Source: Candidatus Daviesbacteria bacterium (GTDB taxonomy: Bacteria; Patescibacteriota; Microgenomatia; Daviesbacterales; UBA10151). Taken from it: 49,245 nucleotides of DNA. The position numbers were made by a program, and so were the translations under genes. Positions 8,085 to 15,686 of this stretch are shown one piece after another. The stretch is taken from contig JAQTPP010000004.1 in the NCBI GenBank assembly GCA_028712705.1, positions 1 through 49,245 on the forward strand, written 5' to 3'. The notes under the pieces are model-generated. The model made no database searches, was not told the DNA's origin, and worked only from the letters and a program-made list of their open reading frames with translations. Every line of letters starts with the position of its first letter. The first letter of the stretch is position 1.

Positions 8085-9077
8085 ATGATTACTGTTACCG
8101 GCTCTTTGGCTTTTGATCATATCATGGATTATCCGGGCAGATTTTCCGACCATATCATGCCGGATAAAATTCACCAGATCAATTTGTCTTTTTTAGTCAC
8201 CACTTTAAAAAAACAAAAAGGCGGCACTGCCGGAAATATTGCCTACAATTTAGCCCTTTTAAAAAATCCTGTCTCTATTTTAGGAATAGCCGGTTCTGAT
8301 TTTTCCGCTCCGACGGAGTCGGGTTGTTCTTATAAAGAATTCTTACAACAGGCAGGCGTGGATACCTCACTCATCAAGACTTCTCAATCTATAACTTCCA
8401 CTTGTTACATTATGACTGATATTGCTGACAACCAAATCACCGCCTTTTATCCCGGAGCTATGAACGAGGCCGAGACGCTTTCGCTAGGTAGTACCAAAAC
8501 TGATCTGGTGGTGATTTCACCGAATAATCCGAAAGCGATGGTGAAGTTTGTCAAAGAATGCCAAAGCTCCGGCACCGGCTATATGCTGGATCCGGGAATG
8601 CAACTGCCGGCACTAGATCCAGAAAACCTGAAAATGATGGTCGCCAACGCAACTATCCTAATTGGAAATGACTACGAAATCAGTTTATTAAAAGAAAAAA
8701 CTGGATTAGATGAAACTCAACTCTTAAACCAGGTAAAAGTTTTGATTACCACTTTAGGAGAAAACGGATCAATCATCCAAACAAACGGTCTTCCTGACTC
8801 ACCTTCCAGGAGTCAGAGCCCACCTGGAAGATGGTCAATAAAAGCTGGAAAACCAAATCAGGTGGTCGATCCCACAGGCGCGGGTGATGCCTACCGGGCC
8901 GGGTTTTTGGCAGGCTATTTAAAAGGCTTAGGCTTGCAAATTTGCGGGCAAATGGGAGCAGTTGCCGCTTGTTACACAGTAGAAAAATATGGTACAACTT
9001 CTCATGCATTTTCTCTTGAAGAGTTTAAAAGAAGATACAAGGAGAATTTTGGAGAAGATTTAATTTATGATATCTGA
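8085..9077 (+). CDS. PfkB-family carbohydrate/nucleoside kinase (adenosine-kinase-like by context)
   Basis: [14 protein letters not shown] (N-terminal GG motif) and [19 protein letters not shown] (PfkB signature 2). Overlaps ahcY by 11 nt, suggesting SAH to adenosine to AMP coupling. Confidence 0.8.
   Translation: MITVTGSLAFDHIMDYPGRFSDHIMPDKIHQINLSFLVTTLKKQKGGTAGNIAYNLALLKNPVSILGIAGSDFSAPTESGCSYKEFLQQAGVDTSLIKTSQSITSTCYIMTDIADNQITAFYPGAMNEAETLSLGSTKTDLVVISPNNPKAMVKFVKECQSSGTGYMLDPGMQLPALDPENLKMMVANATILIGNDYEISLLKEKTGLDETQLLNQVKVLITTLGENGSIIQTNGLPDSPSRSQSPPGRWSIKAGKPNQVVDPTGAGDAYRAGFLAGYLKGLGLQICGQMGAVAACYTVEKYGTTSHAFSLEEFKRRYKENFGEDLIYDI
8793..8830. repeat. Interleaved inverted repeats (CTGACT/AGTCAG and CTTCCAGG/CCTGGAAG) inside the PfkB kinase gene
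   Basis: Read directly. Encodes the extra loop [15 protein letters not shown] just upstream of the conserved DPTGAGD motif. A second mini-palindrome CTCCGACGGAG is at 8308-8318. Confidence 0.7.
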
Positions 9078-10323
9078 TATCAAAGATAAACATTTAGCCC
9101 CTAAAGGCAAACTGCGCATTGAATGGGCCGGATCCCAAATGAAAGTGCTGAGTATTATAAAAGAGCGTTTCGGAAAAGAAAAACCTCTCAAAGGAATAAC
9201 TTTGGGAGCTTGTCTGCATGTCACCTCAGAAACCGCCAATTTAATGATTGCTTTAAAAAATGGTGGTGCTTCCTTGGCTCTTTGTGCTTCAAACCCGCTT
9301 TCTACCCAAGATGAAGTGGCTGCATCTTTGGTAGAAGACTATAACATCCCAACTTTTGCCAAAAAAGGAGAGGATAAAGATACCTATTATAAACATCTAA
9401 ACCAGGTTTTGGACTTTCATCCGCAAATTACCATGGATGACGGAGCGGATTTGGTAACTTTGCTACATACAGAGAGAAAATCACAGCTTAAAGATATCAT
9501 CGGCTCGTCTGAGGAAACAACCACAGGGGTAATCAGACTTAGGGCCATGCTGAAAGACGGCACGCTAAATTTACCGGTGATGGCGGTAAATGACTCTAGT
9601 ACCAAACACATGTTTGATAACCGTTATGGCACGGGCCAGTCAACTATTGATGGAGTGATCCGGGCCACCAATGTGCTTTTGGCCGGCAAAAAGTTTGTGG
9701 TTTGCGGTTATGGCTGGTGCGGCAGAGGTTTGGCGCAACGGGCCCGAGGTATGGGATCGCTGGTAATAATCACAGAAGTTGATCCGCTTAAAGCCTTGGA
9801 GGCTACCATGGATGGATATGAGGTAATGCCAATGGATCAAGCCATCAAAATTGCAGACATTATTTGTACGGCCACCGGTAATAAAACAGTCCTCTCTGTG
9901 GAGCATTTTAAAGAAATGAAAGACGGTGCCATTGTGGCCAATACCGGACACTTTAACATAGAGTTTGATTATGAAGGACTGGTAAAAATTGCCAAAAACA
10001 GAAGATTGTTGCGGGATAATTTGGAAGAAATTACTTTGGAGGATGGGAAAAAGGTCTTTGTGCTCGCAGAAGGCAGACTGATCAATTTAGCCTCGGCAGA
10101 AGGCCATCCGCCTGATGTAATGGATATGTCTTTTGCCAATCAAGCCTTGGCCGCAGAATTTTTGGTACAAAACCGCGGCAAACTTAAGGCAGATGTTTAT
10201 ACTGTGCCAAAAGAGCTGGATGAGATGATTGCCAAATTAAAACTGGAATCATTAGGCATTAAAATTGACTCTTTAACAGAAGAACAAAAAAAGTACCTAG
10301 CCTCCTGGAATGAAGGAACATAA
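9067..10323 (+). CDS. ahcY: Adenosylhomocysteinase
   Basis: 418 aa. [46 protein letters not shown], and the NAD-binding GYGWCGRG. Classic SAH hydrolase. Confidence 0.93.
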   Translation: MISDIKDKHLAPKGKLRIEWAGSQMKVLSIIKERFGKEKPLKGITLGACLHVTSETANLMIALKNGGASLALCASNPLSTQDEVAASLVEDYNIPTFAKKGEDKDTYYKHLNQVLDFHPQITMDDGADLVTLLHTERKSQLKDIIGSSEETTTGVIRLRAMLKDGTLNLPVMAVNDSSTKHMFDNRYGTGQSTIDGVIRATNVLLAGKKFVVCGYGWCGRGLAQRARGMGSLVIITEVDPLKALEATMDGYEVMPMDQAIKIADIICTATGNKTVLSVEHFKEMKDGAIVANTGHFNIEFDYEGLVKIAKNRRLLRDNLEEITLEDGKKVFVLAEGRLINLASAEGHPPDVMDMSFANQALAAEFLVQNRGKLKADVYTVPKELDEMIAKLKLESLGIKIDSLTEEQKKYLASWNEGT

Positions 10324-10325
10324 AT
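10278..10325. repeat. 3' end of ahcY, which is duplicated at 11044-11090
   Basis: AGAAGAACAAAAAAAGTACCTAGCCTCCTGGAATGAAGGAACATAAA versus AGAAGAACAAAAAAATACCTGGCCTCCTGGACTGAAGGAATATAAA (1 indel, 3 mismatches). Confidence 0.9.
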
Positions 10326-10358
10326 TTAATATGGCTTACTGGTAGCGCTTGTTGATGC

Positions 10359-10646
10359 TCATTGGATTGTGATATTAATTTTAGTATTAAGAGCGTGGGC
10401 TACCCTGGTCAAAAGAGAAATTGAGGGCTTGGCATTCATCCCTTCTAGGCGGGAAATAACCGCTTGTCCTGTCCCTACTTTTTTGGCTAAATCTTGCTGA
10501 GAAAGTTTTTGCTTCAACCTGGCTTCAATAATTTGCCTGGCAATTTGAAACTCCGGTTCCAGCTTTTGGTATTCTCGCTGATATTCCAAATCTTTCATCC
10601 ATTCGTGATGCAGTTGTTGATGGGTATAAAATTTTTTTTGTTTCAT
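10359..10646 (-). CDS. XRE-family HTH antitoxin (HigA-like)
   Basis: 95 aa. LSQQDLAKKVGTGQAVISRLE is a Cro/C1 HTH. Lies directly downstream of the toxin gene. Confidence 0.8.
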   Translation of the reverse strand: MKQKKFYTHQQLHHEWMKDLEYQREYQKLEPEFQIARQIIEARLKQKLSQQDLAKKVGTGQAVISRLEGMNAKPSISLLTRVAHALNTKINITIQ

Positions 10647-10647
10647 A

Positions 10648-10950
10648 CTAAATTTCCTTTATGCGTTTTATGGCCAGTTCTAAATCCATCTTAGGAGTCT
10701 TTTGAGACTTTTTATGAATACCATGTACAACATAAGCTTCATGACCTTTAAGAGTCAAAAATAATCTAACATTACCTGGTCTCAACTCCCAAACAACACT
10801 TTTCAACTTCTTCAAATATTTGCTTGGCAGAAATGTGCCATATTCTTCAAATAAATAATAAGCTCTGTCTACCCGTGCTTTTTCTTCCTTAGTCAATGAC
10901 TCAATAAATTCTCTAGCTTTTGAATAGGTTATTATTGTATATCTAACCAT
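10648..10950 (-). CDS. RelE/ParE-superfamily toxin (HigB / phage Gp49-like)
   Basis: 100 aa. A..FI..L...E.A.V......L.E.G..LP..Y.K.L...VWELR....R.F is typical of Gp49/HigB-type toxins. 1-nt spacer to the antitoxin. Confidence 0.8.
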   Translation of the reverse strand: MVRYTIITYSKAREFIESLTKEEKARVDRAYYLFEEYGTFLPSKYLKKLKSVVWELRPGNVRLFLTLKGHEAYVVHGIHKKSQKTPKMDLELAIKRIKEI

Positions 10951-10956
10951 ATTTTA

Positions 10957-10979
10957 TGATAAATTTATCATATTGTCAA
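10957..10979 (-). promoter_or_regulatory. Putative promoter/operator of the HigBA-like pair
   Basis: On the minus strand, TTGACA (10979-10974) is followed by the perfect 14-nt palindrome TGATAAATTTATCA (10957-10970), just before the toxin ATG. Confidence 0.5.
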
Positions 10980-11043
10980 CTGTTAATTTTAAAGAATTAA
11001 TTTAACAATAAGCCAAATAATTCCCGAAGTCAAGATAGCAAGT

Positions 11044-11090
11044 AGAAGAACAAAAAAATACCTGGCCTCCTGGACTGAAGGAATATAAAG
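11044..11090. repeat. Non-coding duplicate of the ahcY 3' end (right boundary of the HigBA cassette)
   Basis: See 10278-10325. Confidence 0.9.
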
Positions 11091-11095
11091 AAAAA

Positions 11096-12049
11096 TTAAG
11101 CAGCTTCCGGATCTTCCGGATATATTAAACCACCACCAACTAAGTTGAAGCAGCCTATTCCAACTTCAGGAAAAGCACATCGCGCACTTGTTAAAATTTC
11201 TCTCATTGCAGGAGGTGGGTCTCCGGATAGAAGAACGCCAATTACAGACCTATCGGGCATCATAACACCAACAGCATTAACACTCTCAGCAAAAGAGGTA
11301 ACGCGTTTCATTAGTGCTCTAGTTTTTTTAGAAGAGCAATTGCATTGATAAGCCTCAGCAACAAGAGTTGCACCCCGACCAAACAACCAGGGTTTACCTG
11401 TAGCAATAGCTCTTCTTAAATCATATATAGCGCTTAAGATGCTATCGTCCGACGGGAGCTGATCTTGATTATTACTTGGCTCTAAATCATATCCAAAATC
11501 AAGAGCTACAACCTTAATTGGTGGAGGTGAACCCAATTCCTGAAAAGATAATACCTCTCTATGCTCTACTAGAGCGAGCCCTGGGAGCATGACATTACTG
11601 GGCTCAATACTACCAGCAAGGCTAGCAATTTCTGATGGTGATATGTTTTCACCCGAGGCTCGAACTGTAGCCCCAATAGCTGCTGCAATGTTAGAAGCGC
11701 TATTTCTCATACCTTTACTTCTTGAATTAGCACTCGTAACACTAATCTTAGCACTTAATCCAACTCTACCCAGATATCCTAGTGTTCTCGTAACTGCTTC
11801 TACTGTTTCAAGGCAATCTTCAGGACCAACAATAGTTGCTCCGTTGCCGTTGTTATTAGAGCTATCGTGATTGTTCTCAAAGAGGCTAACTGATACTCCA
11901 CAAAAGGAATCTACCGGGCAGGGAATTGAAACATAATAACCACCTTTTTTAAGATCCCCCATAATACCATACACCAAGTTGCCGCACCTGCCAGGAACTT
12001 CAACTACTGCTTGTCCTATTAATACTCCTCGTTCTAGCGCACTTACCAT
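11096..12049 (-). CDS. GHMP-kinase family protein, PduX/COG4542-like (L-threonine-kinase-like)
   Basis: N-terminal PGRCGNLVYG resembles the PduX C-G-E-L-x-Q-G motif. SKGMRNSASNIAAAIGA resembles the GHMP motif II KGM-SS-A-IAA. IEPSNVMLPG resembles EPTDS.LF. Visibly GC-richer than its neighbours. Confidence 0.6.
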   Translation of the reverse strand: MVSALERGVLIGQAVVEVPGRCGNLVYGIMGDLKKGGYYVSIPCPVDSFCGVSVSLFENNHDSSNNNGNGATIVGPEDCLETVEAVTRTLGYLGRVGLSAKISVTSANSRSKGMRNSASNIAAAIGATVRASGENISPSEIASLAGSIEPSNVMLPGLALVEHREVLSFQELGSPPPIKVVALDFGYDLEPSNNQDQLPSDDSILSAIYDLRRAIATGKPWLFGRGATLVAEAYQCNCSSKKTRALMKRVTSFAESVNAVGVMMPDRSVIGVLLSGDPPPAMREILTSARCAFPEVGIGCFNLVGGGLIYPEDPEAA

Positions 12050-12203
12050 ATTTTATGGGCTAAATAATATCTTGAGGCTTTTCAAGAGGTTTTGTCAAGT
12101 TATAGGTTTATGAGATTTTATAGCTCTTGAAATTCCGAGTAAGAATTTAGCATCATTTCAAGCTATTCAGAGAAGTTTGCATACATTAATTCCTCAAATA
12201 AAA

Positions 12204-13046
12204 TTAACTGCTGTTGATTTTAGGTAAATAGTAAATATCCTTTTTGTACCTAAAATCTGAGAATTGGAATTCACCTTTACCGTTAATTATAGCTTGATAA
12301 TCCCTGCAATCGCGGCAAAGTTCCTTTTTAATACAAACCCAGTTGCCCTTTTCAATAGCTTTTTTAAGCTCTAGCGCTTTTCCTTTTAACCAATCCAGTT
12401 TGGGTTCTAACGGATCCAAAACAATCTCCCTTGGTGTATCTTCCCTATCCAAATACCAAAAAGAAGCCCTGGTAACAGGTTTCCCGAAATTTGCTTCAAC
12501 CAGTATGGCATAAATGTAAAGCTGTAAGCTGTCATCTTTATCTGTAGCTCCGGTTTTAAAATCGATTATCTGCAAAGACCCGTCTGATCGCTCTCCCACA
12601 AAATCAAAGTTACCAATTAAAATCACATTATCCGTAAGCTGGTATTTCGGAAAAGCAACTTGAGGAGCGGCTTTTCCCAAAACTTTCCAGTTTTTATAAA
12701 AATTTCCTATCATTTCCAAACCACGCCTGCCAAAATTTCCTTCCTCCTCCTTTGAAGAAAATCCGCCTCTTTTACCCTGGTATTTCAGCCATAAATTCCT
12801 GAACTTTTGCTCTAATTGATCTTTGGTAACCTGACCTTGCAAGTCCAGCAGCCACTTGACGCTATCATGCACCACAGATCCTAGACTTAAGTAAGGTGAA
12901 GCGATTTGCAACCTAAAACCGGTCTTCGGATCCTTGTAGATGTTTTTTAAATAAAAGGCATTGGGGCACTTCAAAAAATCCTTTAAAGCCGTATAAGAAA
13001 CCCACAAAGCATCTTTGATAAATTTATACTCTTGTTTAGGAATCAT
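12204..13046 (-). CDS. Cas4/RecB-like PD-(D/E)xK nuclease with a 1+3 cysteine (Fe-S type) arrangement
   Basis: GNFDFVGE....LQIIDFKTG (motifs II/III), LQLYIYAIL (QxxxY), N-terminal FLKCP and C-terminal C-x6-C-x2-C (WVCIKKELCRDCRDY). The ATG at 13046 lies 2 nt after the OLD stop. The ORF track extends to a TTG at 13052. Confidence 0.75.
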   Translation of the reverse strand: MIPKQEYKFIKDALWVSYTALKDFLKCPNAFYLKNIYKDPKTGFRLQIASPYLSLGSVVHDSVKWLLDLQGQVTKDQLEQKFRNLWLKYQGKRGGFSSKEEEGNFGRRGLEMIGNFYKNWKVLGKAAPQVAFPKYQLTDNVILIGNFDFVGERSDGSLQIIDFKTGATDKDDSLQLYIYAILVEANFGKPVTRASFWYLDREDTPREIVLDPLEPKLDWLKGKALELKKAIEKGNWVCIKKELCRDCRDYQAIINGKGEFQFSDFRYKKDIYYLPKINSS

Positions 13047-13048
13047 CC

Positions 13049-14893
13049 TCAAAAAATAATATGTTTTATTATCTCTTTATTTAACTTATCAAATGACTCA
13101 GGTAGCTTCATTCCTGTTTCTGTAATTTCTTCAATATACTCAATCATCTTGATTTCAAATTTATTGATTAAATCAAGACTATTAATCTTTTTCTCTTTTG
13201 CCTTCTTCTCTAAATATTTTTTAATTTTTTTACCTCTACCTGGACCATCCATAGTTTGTCTGTATTGAAAAGTAAGCCCAAATTCATTTTTTAACTTATC
13301 AAAAATATTTTTTATATATTCAGTTGAAATAACATCCTCAATATCAGACCAAGTAGAATCAATATCGTCTAAATAGATTTTTTCACTCGCTTCTAGGTTC
13401 GGGGTATTTACACTTTTCCAATCTCCATCAAAAACACCGAGCACTTTCCTACCATCCTGCTTTATTCCCTTGGCTCGCTCATCAATTAAACTTGCTCGAC
13501 CAACTCCTCTAACTGCAACTCTACTAAAATCTATTTCTGGCACCCCAGACAAAATCACTTTTTGTTTTTCAGTACTCATTACAACTACATTATCTAATTT
13601 ACCTTCCATTAAAACATTAAATTCTCCTACAGGAATAAAATCAGTCCAGTAAAAGCCGAGGGCAGTTGTTAGAAGGTCGCTCTGTCTTATATCTGTTTGT
13701 TTAATTTCATTATTAATCCTCGAACAACTTATTTGATCCCCTTTTTCGTCTGATTCTTTTGTAATAATCCTTACATTTCTACCTAATCTATTCTTAGAAA
13801 TCATAAAGGGAGAATGAGTCGAATATATAATCTGATTATTTTTCCCAAGTGTCTCAAGAATTCTTACTAAATCCTTTTGTCCGCCTGGGAAGAGTTTATC
13901 GCCAGGCTGATCAAGTAGAATTACACTATTTGCTCTTTCGCCGATTCCTAGCCGCACAAAAAATGAAACTAGCCAATTTACACCATCGCTACTGAAAGCG
14001 GGTTCTATATTACCAGCTCTACCATGATTGAAATATACTTTTAATAAACCCTCTCTTGGAGAAATTTTTAATTTTATCTTTGGTTTAAAATTCCAGTTTT
14101 CCTTAAATATTTCGTTTACTGTTTCCGTAACATTATTGCAATATGTTTCTATTTCAGCGCTTGTACCGTTTGATAAGATTTCTCTAAAATCTCCATCTGA
14201 TGGTTTCTTCTCAAAAGATTTTAAGAGTAACTTAGATAGTGGAAGTTCTAGATTGGAGATTATCTGATCTATCGGATTATCCTCTGCTATAAAATCCTCA
14301 TCCTTTGGAGTCCAAACATTCATTACAATTGGTAATAAACCTTTTATAGTCTCATCTATCGCTGATTTAAGCGCATTATTTACCTCATCAGCAGACATTG
14401 GAGTCAATTGTAGTTTAATTTCTTCGCTAAGGTTAGCCTCGGCAATAATTCCACCAGACGGTAAAACCTCTTCCTGAATTAGAATCTCACTTCCGGTATC
14501 ATTCCTGTAATAATCCTTACCAACATACAAGGATTCGGGGCTTGGGTTTTGCAAAATCCATTCTTTATCAGTTTTCTTAATTTCAATAATATCATCGGGA
14601 AATTTAAAATCTAATTTTGGATGTTTATAAGGAATAACGAATTCAAGTTTATACAGTAATTCCGGTCCAGTACCACTCGAATTTCTCCTTTTATCTCTAT
14701 TTATATCTAAGGGGACATTGGGTGATAATAATTCTATCGCTCTTAAAATATTACTTTTGCCCGCATTATTAGGGCCTACAACAACAGTAACATCATCAAT
14801 AAAAATCTCCTCATCCTCAAATGATCTGAAATTTATCAGCTTAATTGATTTTATTTTAATATTCATCGCACATATTTTAATCCTAGAATCCAT
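13049..14893 (-). CDS. OLD-family ATP-dependent nuclease (ABC-type ATPase plus C-terminal Toprim)
   Basis: IKLINFRSF...VVVGPNNAGKSNIL (Walker A), VILLDQP (Walker B-like), YSTHSPF (H-loop), Toprim E in NVLMEGKLD and DxD in GVFDGDW. The likely true start is MNIKIKSIKL at 14866. Confidence 0.8.
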   Translation of the reverse strand: MDSRIKICAMNIKIKSIKLINFRSFEDEEIFIDDVTVVVGPNNAGKSNILRAIELLSPNVPLDINRDKRRNSSGTGPELLYKLEFVIPYKHPKLDFKFPDDIIEIKKTDKEWILQNPSPESLYVGKDYYRNDTGSEILIQEEVLPSGGIIAEANLSEEIKLQLTPMSADEVNNALKSAIDETIKGLLPIVMNVWTPKDEDFIAEDNPIDQIISNLELPLSKLLLKSFEKKPSDGDFREILSNGTSAEIETYCNNVTETVNEIFKENWNFKPKIKLKISPREGLLKVYFNHGRAGNIEPAFSSDGVNWLVSFFVRLGIGERANSVILLDQPGDKLFPGGQKDLVRILETLGKNNQIIYSTHSPFMISKNRLGRNVRIITKESDEKGDQISCSRINNEIKQTDIRQSDLLTTALGFYWTDFIPVGEFNVLMEGKLDNVVVMSTEKQKVILSGVPEIDFSRVAVRGVGRASLIDERAKGIKQDGRKVLGVFDGDWKSVNTPNLEASEKIYLDDIDSTWSDIEDVISTEYIKNIFDKLKNEFGLTFQYRQTMDGPGRGKKIKKYLEKKAKEKKINSLDLINKFEIKMIEYIEEITETGMKLPESFDKLNKEIIKHIIF

Positions 14894-15008
14894 AAAATGC
14901 TATAGTCTTAAATCTTTGTAAGGAGACCTCCACGGTGATGCTTAATATTGAGACTTCCGCAACGAAACCTTCCTTCGCTAAAACTACGAAAGACAAACAG
15001 CAGTTTTT

Positions 15009-15042
15009 TGTCAGTACATTGTCAGTACATTTATGGTATAAT
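15009..15042 (+). promoter_or_regulatory. Tandem 11-mer operator-like repeat plus extended -10 upstream of the AbrB/Doc pair
   Basis: TGTCAGTACAT appears twice, perfect and adjacent (15009-15019, 15020-15030), followed by TGGTATAAT (15034-15042) and the ATG at 15049. Confidence 0.55.
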
Positions 15043-15048
15043 AATTAC

Positions 15049-15285
15049 ATGAGAAAAGTATTTAAAAACGGCAATTCTTTGGCTGTAACTGTGCCCAAAA
15101 CTTACGCCCACCAGCTTTCTATCAGAGATGGGTCACAAATTGAGTGGAAAAAAACAAGCCAGGGTCTTGTTTTGATACATCAAAAAAAGGCTAAAATTGC
15201 AGGTGTGGATCAAAAATTTGCCAAAATGGTAGACAAGTTTGCTAATGAGCATCAAGACGTGCTCCAAGAACTTTCCCAAAGGTGA
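15049..15285 (+). CDS. AbrB/MazE/SpoVT-type antitoxin (Phd-like partner of Doc)
   Basis: MRKVFKNGNSLAVTVPK is the canonical swapped-hairpin antitoxin N-terminus. The track ORF (14935, GTG) adds an implausible repeat-derived extension. 4-nt overlap with doc. Confidence 0.8.
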   Translation: MRKVFKNGNSLAVTVPKTYAHQLSIRDGSQIEWKKTSQGLVLIHQKKAKIAGVDQKFAKMVDKFANEHQDVLQELSQR

Positions 15286-15686
15286 CTACCCGAAAGATTG
15301 ATTTCCTAATAATAAGCCAAGTCCTATTCATCCATGATCAAATGGTAAAAAGATTCGGTGGTTCTCATGGAATTCGGGATATAGGACTGATACAGTCAGC
15401 GGTAGCAAGACCGCAAGCTACTTTTGGCGGTAAATATCTTTATAGTTCCATATTTGATAAGACAGCAGCACTGCTCCAGTCTTTATTAAAAAATCACGCA
15501 TTCTTGGATGGAAACAAACGCACAGCCTTAACCTCTGCGGGTCTATTCTTATGGAAAAATGGGTATAGGTTAGTTAATAATCATAAAGAAGAGGTGGACT
15601 TTACAATAAGAGTTGATAACGGGAATTTAACCATTGAACAAATCTCTAAATGGCTAAAAGAACATTCTGGTAAAATAACCAAATGA
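15282..15686 (+). CDS. doc: Doc (death-on-curing) Fic-family toxin
   Basis: HAFLDGNKRTALTSAGLFL matches the Fic/Doc motif HxFx(D/E)GNKR. Confidence 0.9.
   Translation: MTTRKIDFLIISQVLFIHDQMVKRFGGSHGIRDIGLIQSAVARPQATFGGKYLYSSIFDKTAALLQSLLKNHAFLDGNKRTALTSAGLFLWKNGYRLVNNHKEEVDFTIRVDNGNLTIEQISKWLKEHSGKITK

Noticed and set aside
14935-15048. N-terminal extension of the antitoxin ORF from a GTG
   Set aside because: The extension runs through a repeat-like segment and the operator/promoter. The canonical MRKVFKNGNSLAVTVPK start at 15049 sits right after an extended -10.
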